This document shows, in pieces, positions 1 to 9,058 of a stretch of 64,000 nt of DNA. A program made the position numbers and the translations under genes. Numbering within the stretch: the first letter of the stretch is position 1; each line of letters starts with the position of its first letter. A model generated the notes under the pieces. The model had not been told where the DNA came from and made no database searches. It saw only the letters and a list, made by a program, of their open reading frames with translations. This stretch comes from a virus, in the IMG/VR virus record IMGVR_UViG_3300033182_000769, positions 64,001 to 128,000 of that record; one strand, 5' to 3'.

Positions 1-155
1 TCCTCAAAACTCATATTCACAAGTTCACTGTAAGAAAGACCTCTCATGTACCAACACATTCTGAGTAATTCTTTCTTCAGTTCTCGTGCCTGTTTATCAA
101 GTTTCTCGGTAAACTGCAAGATCTCCGGCGTTGAGAGGGTTAAGATCTTGCTGCG
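1..155 (-). CDS. Partial ORF in the -1 frame, probable frameshift extension of the 140..1003 gene; runs off the window edge
   Basis: Open minus-strand frame RSKILTLSTPEILQFTEKLDKQARELKKELLRMCWYMRGLSYSELVNMSFE, entered from the slippery site AAATTTTTTC (+ strand 155-164). No ATG near its start. Confidence 0.6.
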
Positions 156-1003
156 AAAAAATTTGATTGATCTAAAGTAATATTGACGTCAAACTTACTA
201 TGACATTCTGCACATTCAACTTGACGGATTTTAAAATCTAAATCTGTTTTCATTTGTTCTAAACGTCCGTAGATTGCATCAAAAATTTCTTTAGGTGCAT
301 TACTAATAAATTCTTTAATTGTATTACTATCTTTTTCACTTCCTTCAGGAGTTTCAATTTCAGTAATACAACCTGCAATCATATCAATGCTTAATTCTGT
401 TAGTTTAACAAAACTTGCACCAAATCGTTCAAGTTTCTCTTCGTCACTCATAGATTCACTATTCACAATGTCAAAGATTTTTTGTTGTTCGATATTCTTA
501 ATTGCTGTTTTTGTAATTTCCCTATAGGAATATGGACGTATATGTACAGTAAGATCATCAATAACAATTGTATCTTTATAGTCAAATTGTGAGATATTAC
601 CTAAGTAAGCAGTAAGACTTAAATTATATTCGTTTTCGTGTCCACAAGAAGTACAATTGGCCGTAACTTCTAACTCTTCGCCGTATGTTGCAATTCTAAT
701 AGCAACAAGACACGCATCTAAGTCAATACTTGGCATCTTCCATGCATCTTTAATTGACGGAATACAACTTTGAATAACTTCAACAGTTGATTGGCCGCTC
801 ATTAACGCATCTGGAGTTTTATACATCAATTCATCTTTAGCAGTCATAGCATAAACAGCATATTTCCCATCTTCAGAACGATCTAATGCTCCATCTGCAT
901 AGAAGTTACCTTTACTTGGCAACTCTAAATATACTTTAGGCTGTCTATAGTACTTCTGTAAAACACTACCTTTTGGTTGTTCGGCAGTTTGATTTTGATC
1001 CAT
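140..1003 (-). CDS. Baseplate hub / tail assembly chaperone (T4 gp26/gp51-like)
   Basis: RQPKVYLELPSKG N-terminal motif, two CxxC pairs (CTSC, CAEC) and a C-terminal NFF. Divergent from the tape measure gene; SD GGAG and TATAAATA upstream. Confidence 0.7.
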   Translation of the reverse strand: MDQNQTAEQPKGSVLQKYYRQPKVYLELPSKGNFYADGALDRSEDGKYAVYAMTAKDELMYKTPDALMSGQSTVEVIQSCIPSIKDAWKMPSIDLDACLVAIRIATYGEELEVTANCTSCGHENEYNLSLTAYLGNISQFDYKDTIVIDDLTVHIRPYSYREITKTAIKNIEQQKIFDIVNSESMSDEEKLERFGASFVKLTELSIDMIAGCITEIETPEGSEKDSNTIKEFISNAPKEIFDAIYGRLEQMKTDLDFKIRQVECAECHSKFDVNITLDQSNFFAARS

Positions 1004-1014
1004 TTTTTATCTCC

Positions 1015-1022
1015 GATAAATA
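1015..1022 (+). promoter_or_regulatory. T4-type late promoter GATAAATA for the tape measure/portal operon
   Basis: One mismatch to the gp55 consensus TATAAATA; intergenic, upstream of 1082. Confidence 0.6.
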
Positions 1023-1045
1023 AACTTATAAAGTTTTCAGCATTG

Positions 1046-1053
1046 TATTTATA
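1046..1053 (-). promoter_or_regulatory. T4-type late promoter TATAAATA for 140..1003
   Basis: Perfect consensus on the minus strand (TATTTATA on +). Confidence 0.7.
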
Positions 1054-1081
1054 TGCGCACTTTACTGGGATAAAATAAAAT

Positions 1082-3775
1082 ATGGCAGAAGTTACAGGCG
1101 ACATTGGTGGTAGTTCGGTACAACTAAACAATGCCGCAACTGAATCAACACTAAGAGAACTCCTCGCAGCAATTAATAGTATGTCAGCCAAAATGGGTGG
1201 CAGTGGCGCCGGTGCGGCTGGTGTTGACAAACTTAGTAAAGAAGCAATAAAGGCAGCACAAGCAGGTCATCGCTTTGGCCGAGAAATGGACCGTTTAGAA
1301 GATGGTGCTGGACGATTAAAAGATGAGTTTGACGATGCTCAAGATTCGCTTGAGTCGTTTAATGCTAAAGCCAATATGGCTAAGAATGCTCTTGGAACAC
1401 TTAGTAAAGGGTTAATTGGAGCAGTTGGCATAATTGGTAACGTTGCTGGAACAGTAAGCCAGTTAGGAAATAGTTTCTCAGGCGTTGCTGATGCATTTAG
1501 TCAATTACCATTAGGTATTGGCGATGTTGTTGGAGCGGTATTTAAACCAGTTGCAGCAGCGGCTGAATCAAGTTACAAAGCATTTACTACTGGAGCATCA
1601 GTTGGTGCTAACTTCAACGGTAGTGTAAGTCAAATGATTCGTTCTGCTTCAGAAGCAGGATTAACAATAGACGATTACAGTACTATAATTTCGCAAAGCG
1701 GAGAAGCTCTACGTTACTTGGGCGGTTCTACAGAAGACGGTGCTAAAAACATGGCTCGTTTAACTGGCATTTTGCGCAAAGGCGAACAGGGATTTGGAAC
1801 ACTGAATGCCCAACTTGCAAACTTAGGTTATACAACAGCAGATACCGCTAAAGCAATGGCTACGCAAGCCAGACACAACGCTATTCTTAATAGAGGTAGA
1901 CAACTTTCTGATAAAGAATTAATTGCTTCAACAGGTTCTTATTTGAAATCGTTGGATGCTGTTTCCAAGTTAACTGGTAAGAGTAAAGAAGCACTTGAAT
2001 CTGAATTAGAACAACGAATGACCGATGCACAATTCCAGGTAGCAACTCGTGGAATGCAGGCAGAAGATGCTAAACGGTTAAGTTTGTATATGAGTACCCT
2101 TGGTCCTGAAATGGGCGATGCATTTAAAGAAATGATTGCAAGGGGTAACTTGTCCGGAGAGGCAACTCAAAAGTTGATGGAAACTAATCCTCAACTTGCA
2201 AGAGAGATGCTCGCTGCGGCAAAACAAACAAAAGCAAGCGGACAGTTTACAGCAGACGGAATGGCTGCTTTAGATGCGCAAGTTGTATCACACTCCAAGG
2301 CAATGGTTGACAATCAGAAAGTTGTTACCCAAGCAACATATATGACAGACCGTTACGGCCAGGTTTACGTTGATCAAACATTAGCAGCAAGTCGTAATGC
2401 AGACGACTTACGGAAAATTAACGAATCAGTAAGCAAAGTTCCTGATACGCTGAAAGACGGCAGCGATCGAATGGGTGCAAGTTTTAAAACAGCTCAAGAA
2501 ACAATTGCTCAAGAATCAAATAAGATGCTTGCAACACTTGTTGAAAGTGACGCATTTGATCAAATGATTGATGCATATAAAGCAGCAGCCACATTTATTA
2601 ACGAACACATGGGCGACGCCCTTAAACTTGTAACAGATAATCTTAAAGAACTTGCCCTTGCTGCTGCTGGACTATCTGCTGCAACAATGTTATTATCTGG
2701 CGTACAAGGATTTAAAGGTCTTAGAAGCGCAATTGCAGGATTTAAATCTACAAAAGCAGCCGCAGCCGCTGCTAAGACAGCACCTAAAGTAGCAGGTGCT
2801 GGTACAAGTAGAGTAACCAGCGCCGCTGGTGTAGCAGATGATGTAGCAGGAGCAGCAACTAAAGGTGCTACTTCCGCAGCAGATGATGTAGCAAGAGCAG
2901 CAGCAAACTCGGTAGACGATGTAGCAAGAGCCGGATCAAACGTTGCAGGTGCGTTAAATAAAACAGTAAAAGTGTTAGGACCTGTTGCAACTGTTGCTGC
3001 TGGAGTATATGAAGGATACACAGGATTTACAGATGCTGAAGCAAAACTTCAAGCAGGTGAAATCACTGAAAAACAAGCAAACATAGAAAAGACCGAAGCC
3101 ATAGCCGGTGCTGCAGGTGGCGCTGCCGGTGGTTGGGGCGGAGCATCAGCAGGTGCTGCCCTTGGAACATTGATATTACCGGGTGTAGGTACAGTAGTTG
3201 GCGGTATTGTTGGCGGCTTAGCAGGATACTTTGCAGGTAGTGAAGGAGCAAAAGCAATATCAGGACCAATTGCCGATGCTTTAACTGGCCCTGATACATT
3301 AAAAGATCTTGAAAACAAAGCAGCAAAATTAAGAGAAACAATAGCCGAAGGCACTGGAATTACAAATTGGTCAATTGAAGATGAACAAGCAGAGTTAGCA
3401 GAATTACAAAAACAAATTGAACGTATTAAGTTAGAGCAACTTAAAGCAGAAGCAAGACAGAATTCAAGCCCTGTTGTAAACCCAAATGCTCCAAAAATGT
3501 CTCCAGTAGATAGCGAAGTTAAAAAATTGCAAGCCGAAAAAGAAGCCGCACAAAAAGAAAAAGAAAAATTAGAAAAAGAAAAGCAAGAACAAGAAGAATT
3601 ATCAAAAGACGATCACTTAGGAGCAAGCCTTCAGAAAGACCAAACAACCTTGCTTACTAAGTTAAATAGTAACATAGAAGAATTAGTACGATTAGCAAAT
3701 ACGCAATTAACAGTTGATAAACAACAACTTAGTGCAATTCAAGGTAATTCAATGGATCTGTTTAGTACTGTATAA
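1082..3775 (+). CDS. Tape measure-like protein (897 aa)
   Basis: Long Ala/Gly-rich helical protein with glycine-zipper hydrophobic segments (GAALGTLILPGVGTVVGGIVGG), coiled coils and short repeats; adjacent to a chaperone gene. Confidence 0.65.
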   Translation: MAEVTGDIGGSSVQLNNAATESTLRELLAAINSMSAKMGGSGAGAAGVDKLSKEAIKAAQAGHRFGREMDRLEDGAGRLKDEFDDAQDSLESFNAKANMAKNALGTLSKGLIGAVGIIGNVAGTVSQLGNSFSGVADAFSQLPLGIGDVVGAVFKPVAAAAESSYKAFTTGASVGANFNGSVSQMIRSASEAGLTIDDYSTIISQSGEALRYLGGSTEDGAKNMARLTGILRKGEQGFGTLNAQLANLGYTTADTAKAMATQARHNAILNRGRQLSDKELIASTGSYLKSLDAVSKLTGKSKEALESELEQRMTDAQFQVATRGMQAEDAKRLSLYMSTLGPEMGDAFKEMIARGNLSGEATQKLMETNPQLAREMLAAAKQTKASGQFTADGMAALDAQVVSHSKAMVDNQKVVTQATYMTDRYGQVYVDQTLAASRNADDLRKINESVSKVPDTLKDGSDRMGASFKTAQETIAQESNKMLATLVESDAFDQMIDAYKAAATFINEHMGDALKLVTDNLKELALAAAGLSAATMLLSGVQGFKGLRSAIAGFKSTKAAAAAAKTAPKVAGAGTSRVTSAAGVADDVAGAATKGATSAADDVARAAANSVDDVARAGSNVAGALNKTVKVLGPVATVAAGVYEGYTGFTDAEAKLQAGEITEKQANIEKTEAIAGAAGGAAGGWGGASAGAALGTLILPGVGTVVGGIVGGLAGYFAGSEGAKAISGPIADALTGPDTLKDLENKAAKLRETIAEGTGITNWSIEDEQAELAELQKQIERIKLEQLKAEARQNSSPVVNPNAPKMSPVDSEVKKLQAEKEAAQKEKEKLEKEKQEQEELSKDDHLGASLQKDQTTLLTKLNSNIEELVRLANTQLTVDKQQLSAIQGNSMDLFSTV
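2833..2931 (+). repeat. Three imperfect in-frame repeats encoding (A/V)DDVA(G/R)A in the tape measure-like gene
   Basis: GCAGATGATGTAGCA occurs twice and GTAGACGATGTAGCA once. Confidence 0.7.
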
Positions 3776-3785
3776 GAGAATTTAA

Positions 3786-5492
3786 ATGAGTTGGAAAAAA
3801 TATTTTACACCTGTAAACGTAGGTAACTCTCCAGGAGCAATGAGCCCAATTAATGGCGCAGGCCGTCCGGGTCCTGCACGTTCGAACTATTCAAGTTATC
3901 TACCTGATGTTTATGCTGGTGCTCCAAACCGCATTGAGCGTTATATGCAATACGATACTATGGATATGGATTCAGAAGTAAATGCTGCACTTGATATTCT
4001 TGCTGAATTTTGTACTGGAAAAGATAAAGAAAACGCTACACCTTTCCATTTTTATTTCCGTAAGCAAGCAACCGGAACAGAGACAAAACTCTTAAAGGAA
4101 GGTTTGCAAAAATGGGTTAAACAGCAGCAATTTGAAAATCGAATTTTTCGAGTTGTAAGAAATACATTTAAGTATGGCGATCAGTTTTTCTTAAGAGATC
4201 CTGAAACTAAGAAGTTATATCACATTGACCCGTCAAAGGTAACAAAAATTATTGTAAATGAAAGTGACGGCAAAAAACCTGAGCAATATGTAATTAAAGA
4301 TATTAATTTTAATTTTAAAGATTTAATTGCTACTACCCCAAGAAACACAGCCAACACTGCCCCAAGCGGAACTTCGAGCTACACGTCAGGTGGAGGCTTT
4401 GGAAGAGGTATGGTTGGCGATGTTGCTCAGACAACCGGAACACGTTTTAGCAATGAGCAAAACGAAGTTACAGTTGACGCAGCACATATTGTACACTTAT
4501 CATTATCGGAAGGTTTAGACAATAACTATCCTTTTGGTACCTCGTTACTCGAGAGTGTTTTTAAAGTTTATAAGCAGAAAGAATTACTTGAAGATGCTAT
4601 CATCATCTACCGTATTCAAAGAGCTCCTGAAAGAAGAATTTTCTATGTTGACGTGGGTAATATGCCTGCTCACATGGCCATGAGCTTTGTTGAAAAAGTT
4701 AAAAACGAAATACAACAAAGACGTATCCCAAGTGCAACAGGCGGTGGCGCAAGTGTTGTTGATGCCAGTTACAATCCACTTTCAACTAACGAAGATTACT
4801 TCTTCCCACAAACAGCAGAAGGTCGTGGTAGTAAAGTTGAGACACTACCAGGCGGTACTAACTTAGGTGAAATCACAGACTTACGTTATTTTACAAACAA
4901 ACTATTCCGTGCTTTAAGAATTCCAAGTTCTTATTTGCCAACTGCTATTGACGAAACACCTAATACCGTTGCAGATGGTAAAGTAGGTACAGCATATATT
5001 CAAGAACTACGTTTCAACAAATACTGCGAAAGATTACAAAGCAACATTGTTGAATCGTTTGATAAAGAATTTAAGTTATGGTTATACCAGAATGGTTATA
5101 ATATTGACAACGGCTTGTTTGAATTAAAATTCAATCCTCCACAGAACTTTGCTGCTTATAGACAAGCAGAACTTGATACTACTCGTGTTGCTCTTTTTGC
5201 ACAAGTTATGCAAATTCCACACTTATCGAAACGATTTGCTATGAAACGTTTCTTAGGTATGTCTCAAGAAGAGATTAAAGAAAACGAACGTATGTGGATG
5301 GAAGAAAATGCAGGAAACTTACAACCTCCTGTAGAAGATATAGAAGGTGCTATGCGTGGCATTGGTATTAGTCCAGAAGGCATGAACGCCGAAATAGAAA
5401 CTCAAGATGCAACTGCTACTGACGATATGGCTGCACAAGCAGAAGCACCACCACAAGATGAAGTTCCGGCTGCTCCGGAACCTACAGCATAG
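3786..5492 (+). CDS. gp20: Portal vertex protein (T4 gp20 family)
   Basis: LEDAIIIYRIQRAPERRIFYVDVGNMP, EDYFFP and VETLPGG motifs typical of T4-like portals. Confidence 0.95.
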   Translation: MSWKKYFTPVNVGNSPGAMSPINGAGRPGPARSNYSSYLPDVYAGAPNRIERYMQYDTMDMDSEVNAALDILAEFCTGKDKENATPFHFYFRKQATGTETKLLKEGLQKWVKQQQFENRIFRVVRNTFKYGDQFFLRDPETKKLYHIDPSKVTKIIVNESDGKKPEQYVIKDINFNFKDLIATTPRNTANTAPSGTSSYTSGGGFGRGMVGDVAQTTGTRFSNEQNEVTVDAAHIVHLSLSEGLDNNYPFGTSLLESVFKVYKQKELLEDAIIIYRIQRAPERRIFYVDVGNMPAHMAMSFVEKVKNEIQQRRIPSATGGGASVVDASYNPLSTNEDYFFPQTAEGRGSKVETLPGGTNLGEITDLRYFTNKLFRALRIPSSYLPTAIDETPNTVADGKVGTAYIQELRFNKYCERLQSNIVESFDKEFKLWLYQNGYNIDNGLFELKFNPPQNFAAYRQAELDTTRVALFAQVMQIPHLSKRFAMKRFLGMSQEEIKENERMWMEENAGNLQPPVEDIEGAMRGIGISPEGMNAEIETQDATATDDMAAQAEAPPQDEVPAAPEPTA

Positions 5493-5493
5493 G

Positions 5494-5501
5494 TATAAAT
5501 A
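5494..5501 (+). promoter_or_regulatory. Late promoter TATAAATA, 4 nt before ATG 5506
   Basis: Perfect consensus directly after the portal stop codon. Confidence 0.75.
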
Positions 5502-5505
5502 CGTT

Positions 5506-5751
5506 ATGCTTCTAAGAGAGTTTTTTTATTTTAACGATAACACAAACGACTTTTCAAAAGATCGTAGGTACGACAGTGAGCGTGATTCTTCTGTTGTCGA
5601 AAAGAGCGACACACGAAAGATTCGTCTAACCCTACGCCAGATTAATCAATTAAGAATGCAAGCAGAAGCTCACAATGCCGAAAGAGAATCCGAACTGGGC
5701 TTCATTAGACAAATGTACGGTACCCCAGTTGCAGCAGAAGCCGAAGCATAA
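5506..5751 (+). CDS. Small hypothetical head-associated protein (MLLREFF...)
   Basis: The ORF track start at 5407 overlaps the portal; ATG 5506 follows a late promoter. Contains a DTRKIRLTLRQINQLR segment. Confidence 0.7.
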   Translation: MLLREFFYFNDNTNDFSKDRRYDSERDSSVVEKSDTRKIRLTLRQINQLRMQAEAHNAERESELGFIRQMYGTPVAAEAEA

Positions 5752-6349
5752 AGAGATAGCATTCGTTTTAGGAAACGGAAATAGTAGACTTCATGTGAAT
5801 CATGATAGTTTATTTGATATTGGAACTGTTTACGGATGCAACGCTCAGTATAGAGAATTTTCCCCTGACTACTTAATATGTGTTGACGTGAAAATGGTCA
5901 ACGAAGTCATTGCATCTGGCTATAATAAAGAACACACAGTATGGACAAATCCTAATAAAGGTGTGTCAAATAAGAAGAATTTGAGCTTTTTTAACCCACA
6001 TAAAGGGTGGTCGAGTGGACCTACAGCACTATGGCTTGCTGCAACAAACGGACACAGAGAGATCTTTATTCATGGTTTTGACTATCAAGGTCTTAACGGA
6101 AAGTTTAATAACATTTATGCTGATACATTTAACTATAAAAAATCAACAGATTCGGCAACTTTTTTTGGAAATTGGCTTAATCAAACTGAAAAAGTAATAA
6201 AGGAATTTCCACATACACGCTTCTATCGTGTAATAGAAACCGGTTCTTTTATACCAGATAAGTTAGGAAAACATTTAGCGAATTTAAAACATCTTGATTA
6301 CAAAGAATTTGAAAATCGCTTCAATGGCACTACTTATTTGGCAAAATGA
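5675..6349 (+). CDS. Glycosyltransferase-like protein (CstII/GT42 or MAF/DUF115-type fold); start uncertain
   Basis: Motif order AFVLGNGxSR, YGCN, SSGPTALWLA, IFIHGFDY matches CstII/MAF-like proteins. Confidence 0.55.
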   Translation: MPKENPNWASLDKCTVPQLQQKPKHKEIAFVLGNGNSRLHVNHDSLFDIGTVYGCNAQYREFSPDYLICVDVKMVNEVIASGYNKEHTVWTNPNKGVSNKKNLSFFNPHKGWSSGPTALWLAATNGHREIFIHGFDYQGLNGKFNNIYADTFNYKKSTDSATFFGNWLNQTEKVIKEFPHTRFYRVIETGSFIPDKLGKHLANLKHLDYKEFENRFNGTTYLAK

Positions 6350-6391
6350 ATCAAAAAAACACCATTTAATGGTGATTTTGTAACTATTATG

Positions 6392-6397
6392 TAAATA
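6392..6397 (+). promoter_or_regulatory. Late promoter core TAAATA for the head assembly operon
   Basis: GTAAATA 36 nt upstream of ATG 6434, followed by SD AGGAG. Confidence 0.6.
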
Positions 6398-6433
6398 ATA
6401 CTGACGCCCTTATCATATATAGGAGATTTAGAC

Positions 6434-7288
6434 ATGGCAGATAAAGAATTACTATCTCAAATGCTTGAGCATTTGGTAAACGAAAATCAAGAGAAAGCAG
6501 AAGAGCTTTTCCACGAGTACGTGGTTAGCAAATCACGTGAAATCTACGAGTCATTAATTGAAGAAGAATTAGATGATGAAGTTTCAGAAGAAGTCGAAGA
6601 AGAAGTAGACGAAGCAACTGACGAAGAAGTAGATGAGTCAAGTGACGACGAAAAAGTAGACGAGTCAAGTGACGAAGAAGTAGACGAAGAATTTGAAGAT
6701 ATCGCTATCGAAGCAGACGATGAAATGGATGCTGACATGGGTGGCGATGCTACTGATGATCTTGCTGGCGAAATCGAAGACGGCGAAGAAGGTGACGACG
6801 AAGGTGACAAGTCTGAAGAAGAATTATTCCAAGACTTAGACGCTATTGTTGATGAGCTTCAAGCAAAATTTGACGAGCTAAAAGGCGAAGAAGAAGGTGA
6901 AATGGACGACATGGAAGGCGAAGAAGAAGCATTCGCACCTGAGTCAGATGAAATGTCTTTTGAAGATGAACTTGCAACTGTACGTGAGTATGTTGAAAAA
7001 GTTAGCGGCGGCGCAGCATCATCAGAAACTACAGCAGACAATAAAAAGAGTGTTGTTGATAACATGAAAAACGATATGGGCGGTACTAACGCAAACATCG
7101 TTAAAAGCAGCAGCGAAGAAAAAGGTCGCACTGCACCTTCTGCAAAAGAAGATAACGCAGGCAACGTAAATACTCCAGGTTCAAAGAACGCTACTAAGAT
7201 GTCAAACGAGCCAGGACACGGTGCTGAGAAAAAAGGTAAAGCAGAAGAAGCAGACAACACTGACTCACTTTTCCGTGGCCGTAGATAA
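6434..7288 (+). CDS. Acidic prohead core protein (T4 gp67/gp68-like)
   Basis: Very Asp/Glu-rich with EEVDES repeats; lies between portal and prohead protease. Confidence 0.65.
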   Translation: MADKELLSQMLEHLVNENQEKAEELFHEYVVSKSREIYESLIEEELDDEVSEEVEEEVDEATDEEVDESSDDEKVDESSDEEVDEEFEDIAIEADDEMDADMGGDATDDLAGEIEDGEEGDDEGDKSEEELFQDLDAIVDELQAKFDELKGEEEGEMDDMEGEEEAFAPESDEMSFEDELATVREYVEKVSGGAASSETTADNKKSVVDNMKNDMGGTNANIVKSSSEEKGRTAPSAKEDNAGNVNTPGSKNATKMSNEPGHGAEKKGKAEEADNTDSLFRGRR

Positions 7289-7305
7289 TTAGAGAGGAAA
7301 CTAAG

Positions 7306-7932
7306 GTGAATACTACTCTAACAGAACATCTGAGTTTTGACCAGGCTAAGATCGTCCTTGAGCAAGAAGAAGGTGAAAACGGTAAGTCAATGTACTTGAA
7401 TGGAATTTGCATTCAAGGTGACATCCGTAACCAAAACCAACGTGTTTATTCTTCTAAGGAAATTGATAGGGCTGTCAAGACACTCAACGAACAGATCTCT
7501 GGCGGATACTCTGTGTTAGGGGAAGTTGACCACCCTGAAGATTTACGTATCAACTTGGACCGCGTCAGTCACATGATTACTAAAATGTGGATGGACGGTC
7601 CAAACGGCTACGGAAAACTTAAATTACTACCGACTCCAATGGGCCAATTAGTAGAAACAATGCTAAAAAGCGGAGTCAAATTAGGTGTAAGTTCGAGAGG
7701 TTCAGGTGAAGTTGACGAAAGCGGTAATGTTCATGGATTTGAAATTATTACTGTTGACGTTGTAGCTCAACCATCTGCACCTGGCGCTTACCCAACACCA
7801 GTATATGAACACCTTATGAACAATAAAGGTGGCTATCAGGCTTATAAATTAGCACAAGAAGTCAAAGGCGACCCACAGGCACAACGATACATAGCAGAAA
7901 GCCTTAAGAAAATTATTTCAAGGCTTAAGTAA
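7306..7932 (+). CDS. gp21: Prohead core protease (T4 gp21 family)
   Basis: NQNQRVY, LGEVDHP, GVSSRGSG and DVVAQPSAPGAY motifs. Confidence 0.95.
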   Translation: MNTTLTEHLSFDQAKIVLEQEEGENGKSMYLNGICIQGDIRNQNQRVYSSKEIDRAVKTLNEQISGGYSVLGEVDHPEDLRINLDRVSHMITKMWMDGPNGYGKLKLLPTPMGQLVETMLKSGVKLGVSSRGSGEVDESGNVHGFEIITVDVVAQPSAPGAYPTPVYEHLMNNKGGYQAYKLAQEVKGDPQAQRYIAESLKKIISRLK

Positions 7933-7947
7933 CAAGGAGAATCACAA

Positions 7948-9045
7948 ATGCTTGAATTAGTAAAACAATTGTTTGAAAACAATGTGATTTCCGAAGAAAC
8001 CATGTCGGAAATAGAAACCGCTTGGGAAACAAAAATTAACGAAGCAAAAGAAGAAGTTACTACTTCACTTCGTGAAGAATACGCTCAAAAGTATGAGCAT
8101 GATAAGACTGCGATGGTCGAGGCTGTGGAGTCAATGTTAGCAGACCGCATTGAAGCGGAACTAACAGAGTTTGCAGAAGATCGCCAAGGACTTATCGATA
8201 TGAAAACTAAGTATGCTCTTAAGATGAAAGACGATGCAGTGGCTCTTGAGTCATTTGTAATGCAGAATCTTAAGAAAGAACTTGGTGAACTTCACGAAGA
8301 TCGTAAAAGTGTAGCAAACAATGTTGCTAAATTAGAATCTTTCATTGTAGATGCTCTTGCAAAAGAGATTGCTGAATTCCACGCTGATAAGAAAGATCTT
8401 GCAGAAACTAAGGTTAAATTAGTTCGCGAAAGCAAGGCAAAATTCGAAGCGTTTAAGAAAGATTTTGTTGCAAAAACAACTGCAATTATTTCAGAAACAG
8501 TCACAAAAGGCTTACGTTCTGAGATGACTCAGTTGAAAGAAGACATTGAAGATGCACGTAGAAACGACTTTGGACGCAGAATTTTTGAAAGTTTTGCAAG
8601 TGAATATGCGACAAGTTACCTTAACGAGAAAAGCGAAACTGCTAAACTTCTACAAGTTGTTAAGCAGAAAGAACTTGAACTTGAAGAGGCAGCAAAAATT
8701 GTTGCAGACACAAAAGAATTGGTCGAGTCAAAAGAAGCAGAAATTAAAGTGGTCAAGGAATCTGCACAACGTAAAGACGTTATGGCAGAACTACTTGGTC
8801 CTTTAAGTGGCGACAAGCGCGAAGTAATGAGCGACTTGTTAGAATCTGTTAAGACTGATAAACTACACGCGGCATTCGACAAGTACTTACCGGCCGTTAT
8901 GGACGGTGGTAGACCAGCGAAGCAAGCGTTGACAGAAGGCAAAGAAATTACAGGCGATAAACAAATTAAGGCACCACAAACCAGCGGAGAAGAAAAAACC
9001 GCTGAGATTTTTGACATCCGCAGGCTTGCGGGCTTAAAAGTTTAA
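7948..9045 (+). CDS. gp22: Prohead scaffold protein (T4 gp22-like)
   Basis: Coiled-coil, Glu/Lys-rich; sits between protease and major capsid gene. Confidence 0.85.
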   Translation: MLELVKQLFENNVISEETMSEIETAWETKINEAKEEVTTSLREEYAQKYEHDKTAMVEAVESMLADRIEAELTEFAEDRQGLIDMKTKYALKMKDDAVALESFVMQNLKKELGELHEDRKSVANNVAKLESFIVDALAKEIAEFHADKKDLAETKVKLVRESKAKFEAFKKDFVAKTTAIISETVTKGLRSEMTQLKEDIEDARRNDFGRRIFESFASEYATSYLNEKSETAKLLQVVKQKELELEEAAKIVADTKELVESKEAEIKVVKESAQRKDVMAELLGPLSGDKREVMSDLLESVKTDKLHAAFDKYLPAVMDGGRPAKQALTEGKEITGDKQIKAPQTSGEEKTAEIFDIRRLAGLKV

Positions 9046-9058
9046 GGAGAATATTAAA

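Noticed and set aside
6590-6700. GACGAAGAAGTAGA-type repeats considered as a CRISPR or non-coding array
   Set aside because: They are in-frame codon repeats for EEVDES with no unique spacers.
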